Positions 25,499 through 30,637 of a stretch of 30,637 bases of DNA are shown here, piece by piece. Origin of the DNA: Opitutia bacterium (GTDB lineage Bacteria; Verrucomicrobiota; Verrucomicrobiia; Opitutales; T3Sed10-336); NCBI GenBank assembly GCA_050506795.1, contig JBJHCF010000052.1, forward strand, positions 1 to 30,637, written 5' to 3'. A program made the translations under genes and the position numbers. The notes beneath the pieces were generated by a model. That model made no database searches and was not told where the DNA came from. It saw only the letters and a program-made list of their open reading frames with translations. Each line of letters begins with the position of its first letter. Position 1 is the stretch's first letter.

Positions 25499-25918
25499 AT
25501 GGGAGTGCATATCGGTACCTTGCGAATCTCAACCCGGGGCAAGGGCATGACGGAAATCACGGGCGAGGTTGCGGAAGAACTGCGCCGGAGCGGATTCACG
25601 GAGGGAGTTGCGACAGTTTTTTGCCGGCATACCAGTTGCAGTCTGGTGATTATGGAAAATGCCGACCCCACCGCGCGGCGCGATCTGGAGGTGTATTTCG
25701 AAAAATTGGTGCCCGAAAATGATCCGGACTTTCAGCACACCATGGAGGGACCGGACGATATGCCCAGTCACATTAAGATGGCCCTGACGCGCACCTCGGA
25801 AGCAATCCCCTTTTCCGGCGGCAGCCTTTTGCTGGGAACCTGGCAGGGGATTTACCTTTGGGAGCACCGCAATATGCCCCACGGTCGTACGGTGCTGGTT
25901 GCCGTTCAAGGGAACTGA
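25499..25918 (+). CDS. yjbQ: YjbQ/UPF0047 family protein (secondary thiamine-phosphate synthase)
   Basis: HTSCSLVIMENADP, HTMEGPDDMPSHIK, LGTWQGIYLWEHR. Confidence 0.92.
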   Translation: MGVHIGTLRISTRGKGMTEITGEVAEELRRSGFTEGVATVFCRHTSCSLVIMENADPTARRDLEVYFEKLVPENDPDFQHTMEGPDDMPSHIKMALTRTSEAIPFSGGSLLLGTWQGIYLWEHRNMPHGRTVLVAVQGN

Positions 25919-26056
25919 ATGGGGCGAATGAAGTCCGAAGTATCGGCCGATTTCTGGCAATTCATGATCGAACCCCTTTTCGATTAAGATCCTAATGCAA
26001 TAGGCGTTGCGCAGGCGAGGAAAGCGATCTAAGTTTCAGAGAACGTGACTAAAGCT

Positions 26057-27592
26057 ATGTTACCGCGTCTTAGAAAAATATTGGCCATAGTGTTGGTCCT
26101 GGGCGGAAGCGTCGCGCTCTGGGCAACTGGTCCCGGCGATTGGGGCGAAACAGCGGAGCCTTCCGCCGGGAATGGAGCGGAAGCACTGTCGGCCGAGGAA
26201 CCAGGCGAACCCGGGGCGGGTGAAAGACTGAAGACGGTTTACATCCTGCCGGTGAAGGACCAGATCGGCCGTCCGATTCACTACATACTTCGGCGTGGAA
26301 TGAAGGAGGCAGCGGCTCAGGGTATCGACCTGGTGGTCTTGGATATGGACACCCCAGGCGGCAGGCTCAACGTGACCCTGGACATCATGGAAATGATGGC
26401 GCGTTTCGAGGGAGACACGGCGACCTTTGTGAACCCGGACGCCATTTCCGCCGGAGCGTTCATCGCCGCCTCGACCAAGAATATTTATTTTTCGCCCCGC
26501 GGCGTGATGGGGGCGGCGGCGCCAGTAACCGCTACCGGGGACGACATTCCGACCGCCATGAAACAGAAGCTATTGAGCTTCCTGACTGCGCGGATTCGTT
26601 CCTTTACCGAGGAGGTTCCTTACCGCACTGAGGTCCTGACGGCGATGGTGGACGCCGATTTTGAGCTGATTATCGATGACGAGGTGATTTCCCCAGAAGG
26701 ATCCCTGCTGAGTCTCACCGCCAGTGAGGCAGTGCGGGAATTCGGAGATCCGCCACATCCGTTGCTGGCCCAGGGGATTTACCCTGACATCCAGTCTCTG
26801 CTGGACGCCCGGTTCGGAGTCGGAAATTACGAGATAAAAGAGTTTCATGTGACCTGGTCCGAACACGTGACCCAGTACTTGTCCGCCATCGCTCCCATTT
26901 TGATCGCGCTGGGACTTATCATGCTGTACATGGAAGCGCAGAGCCCGGGATTCGGGGTTTTCGGCATGATCGGGGTTGCCGCATTGGGGCTCGTTTTCCT
27001 CGGGAATTATGCCGCCGGACTGGCAGGTTACGAACCGGTGCTGTTCTTCCTTCTCGGACTCATCCTGATTGCCGTCGAAGTATTCTTTTTTCCCGGGACT
27101 TTCGTTTTTGCCATTTCCGGCGTTCTGCTGGTCATTGGCTCACTGATATACGGCATGGCCGATATATGGCCGGATGAAGGTTTTTCTTTTTCTCCCGATG
27201 TCCTGGTAGGCCCAGCCTTGAATGTTTTCGCCGGGATCATACTCGCGGTGGTGTTGGGGATTCTGTTTGCCCGTTTCATGCCCAGGGCATGGTTTCTCGA
27301 CCGTCTGATCCTCAGCTCGGCCGTGACCGGTTCTTCTCAGTCAGGTGGTGCGTTTTTTCCGATGGGTGAACCGGCTGTGGATGACGCGAGCCGTTCGCCG
27401 TCGGTGCCTGCCGGAAAACCGGAGGTCGGCGCGCGGGGTCGCGCCACCAGCGATTTGTACCCCGGTGGGGAAGTGGAGATTGACGGCAAGCGCTACCAGG
27501 CCCGGGCCGAGATCGGTATGGTCAAAAGCGGCCGGGACGTCGAGGTGACCGGATATGGGGATTTTCTGTTAATCGTAAGGGAGATCTCCTGA
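26057..27592 (+). CDS. nfeD: Long NfeD family protein (ClpP-like serine protease + TM + OB-fold; YqeZ-like)
   Basis: MDTPGG, AISAGAFIA (catalytic Ser), TM region with SPGFGVFG and FFPG, C-terminal SDLYPGGEVEIDGKRYQA. Start is GTG 26045 or ATG 26057. Confidence 0.88.
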   Translation: MLPRLRKILAIVLVLGGSVALWATGPGDWGETAEPSAGNGAEALSAEEPGEPGAGERLKTVYILPVKDQIGRPIHYILRRGMKEAAAQGIDLVVLDMDTPGGRLNVTLDIMEMMARFEGDTATFVNPDAISAGAFIAASTKNIYFSPRGVMGAAAPVTATGDDIPTAMKQKLLSFLTARIRSFTEEVPYRTEVLTAMVDADFELIIDDEVISPEGSLLSLTASEAVREFGDPPHPLLAQGIYPDIQSLLDARFGVGNYEIKEFHVTWSEHVTQYLSAIAPILIALGLIMLYMEAQSPGFGVFGMIGVAALGLVFLGNYAAGLAGYEPVLFFLLGLILIAVEVFFFPGTFVFAISGVLLVIGSLIYGMADIWPDEGFSFSPDVLVGPALNVFAGIILAVVLGILFARFMPRAWFLDRLILSSAVTGSSQSGGAFFPMGEPAVDDASRSPSVPAGKPEVGARGRATSDLYPGGEVEIDGKRYQARAEIGMVKSGRDVEVTGYGDFLLIVREIS

Positions 27593-27660
27593 GTGAAATC
27601 ATTTCCGCAAAATAAAGAAAACAATGGCTCGCGACGGGACTGCCGTAATAGAAGATTGCC

Positions 27661-28128
27661 ATGCTGACTGTCATCATAGGCCTGTTTGCGCTGGGGGTGG
27701 TTTTGATTTTTTTTGAGTTGCTGGTTCCGGGAGGGATCCTGGGTATGCTTGGAGCCTTGGCTATGCTGGGAGGCTGTGTCTTGGCGTTTATTGAATACGG
27801 AGTTGGGGGTGGGTTGCTGGCGTTTCTCCTGTTTTCCGTCCTTGGGGCTGCCTGTTTGGCGATTGAGCTCAAATGGCTGCCCCGTACTCGCATCGGTGGG
27901 AAGTTTTTCCTCCAGGGTGCGGTTCGCGGCACCAGTCATCAACCTCCGGCGCCCGACACTTTGATCGGCAAGGAGTGTGAAGCCTTGACGACCCTCTCGC
28001 CCACGGGTTTAGTCAAGGTGGAAGGCAAACAATATGAAGCCTTTTCCCAAAGCGGCCTGATCAATCGGGGAGCCCGTATGAAGGTCGTGGCAGTGGATAA
28101 TTTTCGAGTAACAGTCACCAAGTTATGA
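27661..28128 (+). CDS. Short NfeD family protein (TM + OB-fold)
   Basis: [13 protein letters not shown] segments; [29 protein letters not shown]. Confidence 0.85.
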   Translation: MLTVIIGLFALGVVLIFFELLVPGGILGMLGALAMLGGCVLAFIEYGVGGGLLAFLLFSVLGAACLAIELKWLPRTRIGGKFFLQGAVRGTSHQPPAPDTLIGKECEALTTLSPTGLVKVEGKQYEAFSQSGLINRGARMKVVAVDNFRVTVTKL

Positions 28129-29162
28129 ATCCTCAAATCGTAGTTTTAATCGTCCTCGGCGTCATCATCCTGGTGGCAGCCGGGATTTTTTTCTCATTCC
28201 TGAGCGTGTGGTTGCGCGCTTGGCTGGCCGGCGCCTACGTCAGTATCGCCAATCTGATCGCTATGCGGCTTCGCCAGGTACCCTATGGACTGGTGGTAGA
28301 CGCCCGCATTACGGCGAAGAAAGCCGGTATCGAATTGACCACTGACGAACTGGAAGCGCATTTTTTGGCCGGCGGGAATTTGATTCCGACCGTACAGGCT
28401 CTGGTGGCCGCCATGAAGGCCGGCATTACCCTGGATTTCAGCCGGGCTTGCGCCATCGACCTCGCTACCCGTGGTAGCGGCAAGTCTGTGACCGAGGCGG
28501 TTCGAACTTCGGTGGATCCGAAGGTGATTGACTGTCCCAACCCGCAGCAGGGACGTGCCACCATCGACGGGGTGGCCAAGGATGGAATCCAGGTCAAGGT
28601 AAGGGCTCGGGTAACGGTGCGGACCAATCTCGACCGATTTGTCGGTGGAGCCAAGGAAGAGACCATCATCGCCCGAGTCGGTGAGGGTATCGTTACCACG
28701 ATTGGTTCGGCCGACACCTATAAGACCGTTCTTGAAAGCCCGGATGCTATTTCCAAGGTAGTCCTGCAGCGCGGCTTAGATGTCGGCACGGCCTTTGAAA
28801 TCCTATCCATCGACATTGCCGACGTCGACGTTGGCGAGAATGTTGGCGCTCAATTGCAGGAGGCCCAGGCCGAAGCGAACAAGAACATGGCGCAGGCTCA
28901 GGCGGAAATTCGCCGTGCTGCCGCCGTGGCTCTGGAACAGGAGAACAAGGCCAAGGTGCAGGAAATGCAGGCCAAAGTGGTCGAGGCTCAGGCCCAGGTT
29001 CCGCTGGCCATGGCCGAAGCGTTCCGCAAGGGGAATCTTGGCGTGATGGATTATCAGCGCTTTATGAATATTCAGTCCGACACCGACATGCGTAAGTCGA
29101 TCGCGAAGCCCGAGGACGGGGGGACATCCTCCACCCAGGCGGGCGGACCCGGAGGAAAATGA
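28125..29162 (+). CDS. floA: Flotillin-like protein FloA (YqfA/UPF0365)
   Basis: [76 protein letters not shown]. Confidence 0.94.
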   Translation: MNPQIVVLIVLGVIILVAAGIFFSFLSVWLRAWLAGAYVSIANLIAMRLRQVPYGLVVDARITAKKAGIELTTDELEAHFLAGGNLIPTVQALVAAMKAGITLDFSRACAIDLATRGSGKSVTEAVRTSVDPKVIDCPNPQQGRATIDGVAKDGIQVKVRARVTVRTNLDRFVGGAKEETIIARVGEGIVTTIGSADTYKTVLESPDAISKVVLQRGLDVGTAFEILSIDIADVDVGENVGAQLQEAQAEANKNMAQAQAEIRRAAAVALEQENKAKVQEMQAKVVEAQAQVPLAMAEAFRKGNLGVMDYQRFMNIQSDTDMRKSIAKPEDGGTSSTQAGGPGGK

Positions 29163-29225
29163 TCTTAAGGTCACCAGAATCGTTTTACGAAGGGGTTCGC
29201 GCGGACTTTTTCAACCGGAGGTATC

Positions 29226-29909
29226 GTGGATAGCTGGTTCGAACTTCTGATCCCGATCATCGTCGTCGTCCTGTATCTAATGAATCGGATGCGGGGAGGC
29301 GGCGATGAGTTCGAAGGCCCGCCACGTGACGAGTCCGAAGCGGATGCTGAGGCTCGGCGGATCCAGGAGGAGATTAGGCGCAAAATCGTGGCCCGTCAGC
29401 AGGGACGGGCAATTGACGAGACGGGTCAACCAGAGATCGAAGGTCCGGTCTATACGCCTCGTGAGGCCGAGCCACAACGCTTCGAGCGATACGATTCCTT
29501 TTCTGAGCTGAGGGAACCGGTGTCTGAAAGCTTTCAGTCCCGGTCGGAAGTGGTGACCCCGGCGGCGCCGGCTGCTTTTGGAGGAGGCGCGGATCGAGAT
29601 TATCAGGCTGAGTTGCGGAAGCAACTGGAGCGAGTTCAGGAAGCCAAGAAGGCCCGTCAGCAGGCAACCCGTATGGCTCGGGAAAGGGCTGGCGGCCAAT
29701 CGGCCACCAGCGGTTTGGGAGGAACCGGGTTTCGTCATGCCGCCGGGCAAGTTCAGCGCCGTTACCGTAATTACCCCGTGAGCCAGGTACAGCAGGAGCT
29801 CTTTAACCGGAACGGATTGCAGAAAGCGTTCGTGTTGAAAGAAGTTCTTGGACCTCCCTTGAGCCTGCGCCCCCCCGGCGACAGTCACGCCGAACTCTCC
29901 CGCAGCTGA
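29226..29909 (+). CDS. Hypothetical membrane-anchored protein, positional equivalent of YqfB
   Basis: GGAGG RBS, N-terminal TM helix, charged/coiled middle, C-terminal LQKAFVLKEVLGPPLSLR; directly after floA. Confidence 0.75.
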   Translation: MDSWFELLIPIIVVVLYLMNRMRGGGDEFEGPPRDESEADAEARRIQEEIRRKIVARQQGRAIDETGQPEIEGPVYTPREAEPQRFERYDSFSELREPVSESFQSRSEVVTPAAPAAFGGGADRDYQAELRKQLERVQEAKKARQQATRMARERAGGQSATSGLGGTGFRHAAGQVQRRYRNYPVSQVQQELFNRNGLQKAFVLKEVLGPPLSLRPPGDSHAELSRS

Positions 29910-29961
29910 TACCGACTCGACCTCCCTATTAACCGTTCTGTTTGTGTTCTGGTCGCCAAGA

Positions 29962-30001
29962 TTATTTTGCCAGGCAAAATGTAGGTTGACGGCTTTGGTT
30001 T
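29962..30001 (+). repeat. Palindromic repeat copy 3, upstream of the RAYT gene
   Basis: TTATTTTGCC-A-GGCAAAAT (29962-29980), then GTAGGTTGACGGCTTTGGTTT. The palindrome ends 41 nt before the transposase ATG. Confidence 0.9.
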
Positions 30002-30021
30002 TGTGGGATTGGGTATGGGGC

Positions 30022-30637
30022 ATGAGATTGAATCGGAGGCGACTGAAGGTTTTGGGGGAGGTGAGCGGGGTGTACCACTGCATGACCCGGGTGGTGGCCG
30101 GGGAGCGTTTGCTTATGAGGCGGGAGAAGGAGGTGTTGCGTAAACAACTCCACCGTCAGGCGGAGTTTTGCGGCGTGCAGGTGCTCACTTACTGCATCAT
30201 GAGCAATCACTTCCACGTCCTGGTACGGGTGCCTCCCGAGAGCGAGACGCGCGGGGTGGAGCTCGAGGAGTTGGTGCGGCGGGTGGGGGTGCTGTATCCG
30301 CGTGAGAAGGCCCTGGCGTGGGAGGCGCGTTTGCGTGGAGATGACGGCGAGGCGGCGCGGGAGCGTTTGCTGGCACGCATGGGTGATGTGTCGCAGTTCA
30401 TGCGTGAGCTCAAGCACCGCTTTTCATTGTGGTACAACCGCAGCCGGGGGCGTTACGGAACGTTGTGGGCGGAGCGTTTCAAGAGTGTGTTGGTGTCGCC
30501 GGATCGCGGGGCGCTCCTGGCGGTGTCGTGTTACATCGACCTGAACGCGGTGCGTGCGGGGCTATGCACGGACCCGAAGGACTACCGCTGGTGCGGCTAC
30601 GCGGAGGCGTGCGGGGGAGGCCTGCCCTCGCGTGCGG
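30022..30637 (+). CDS. HUH/Y1 tyrosine transposase, REP-associated (RAYT-like), truncated by the window edge
   Basis: Hand translation: MRLNRRRLKVLGEVSGVYHCMTRVV…YCIMSNHFHVLV (HUH)…MGDVSQFMRELK…WYN…GTLWAERFKSVLV…YIDLNAVRAG…PKDYRWCGY. No stop codon inside the window, so it is missing from the ORF track. Confidence 0.93.
   Translation, partial: MRLNRRRLKVLGEVSGVYHCMTRVVAGERLLMRREKEVLRKQLHRQAEFCGVQVLTYCIMSNHFHVLVRVPPESETRGVELEELVRRVGVLYPREKALAWEARLRGDDGEAARERLLARMGDVSQFMRELKHRFSLWYNRSRGRYGTLWAERFKSVLVSPDRGALLAVSCYIDLNAVRAGLCTDPKDYRWCGYAEACGGGLPSRA

Noticed and set aside
29962..30544. ORF-track entries 29962-30417(-), 30207-30437(-) and 30302-30544(+)
   Set aside because: They overlap the real RAYT frame, which starts at 30022 and has no stop in the window.
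1..30637. CRISPR arrays, tRNA/rRNA genes, anti-phage defence genes
   Set aside because: No regularly spaced direct repeats, tRNA/rRNA signatures or recognisable defence proteins were seen by eye.

Overview
High-GC bacterial chromosomal window, probably from a PVC-superphylum organism (Verrucomicrobiota/Opitutales-like). This taxon call is an inference from the H-X9-DG prepilin-like protein and the BlaI/M56 pair. From left to right: (1) the probable left end of an IS630-like element inserted at the CTAG containing a GH2 stop codon; (2) a pectin side-chain/RG-I utilisation cluster (GH2 beta-galactosidase, H-X9-DG prepilin-like protein, GH43 arabinanase, Tat-exported PL26/YetA-like lyase, Kelch-SSS transporter fusion); (3) FNT and bile-acid:Na+ symporter family transporters; (4) an Fe3+ ABC operon with a Fur-like box; (5) pduO, a NodI/NodJ-like ABC exporter and a second GH43; (6) a hairpin-packed intergenic region; (7) blaI plus a BlaR1-like M56-SLBB gene with twin operators; (8) a decayed pduO remnant; (9) Actinobacteria-style hisE-hisG and yjbQ; (10) an nfeD-nfeD-floA-yqfB-like operon; (11) an HUH/Y1 RAYT-type transposase running off the right edge, absent from the ORF track. 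The main unexplained structure is a palindrome, TTATTTTGCC-A-GGCAAAAT followed by TTGA(C/T), present three times in the same orientation: once directly upstream of the RAYT gene and once just 3' of each pduO copy. All family calls are motif recognition by eye; no database searches were run.
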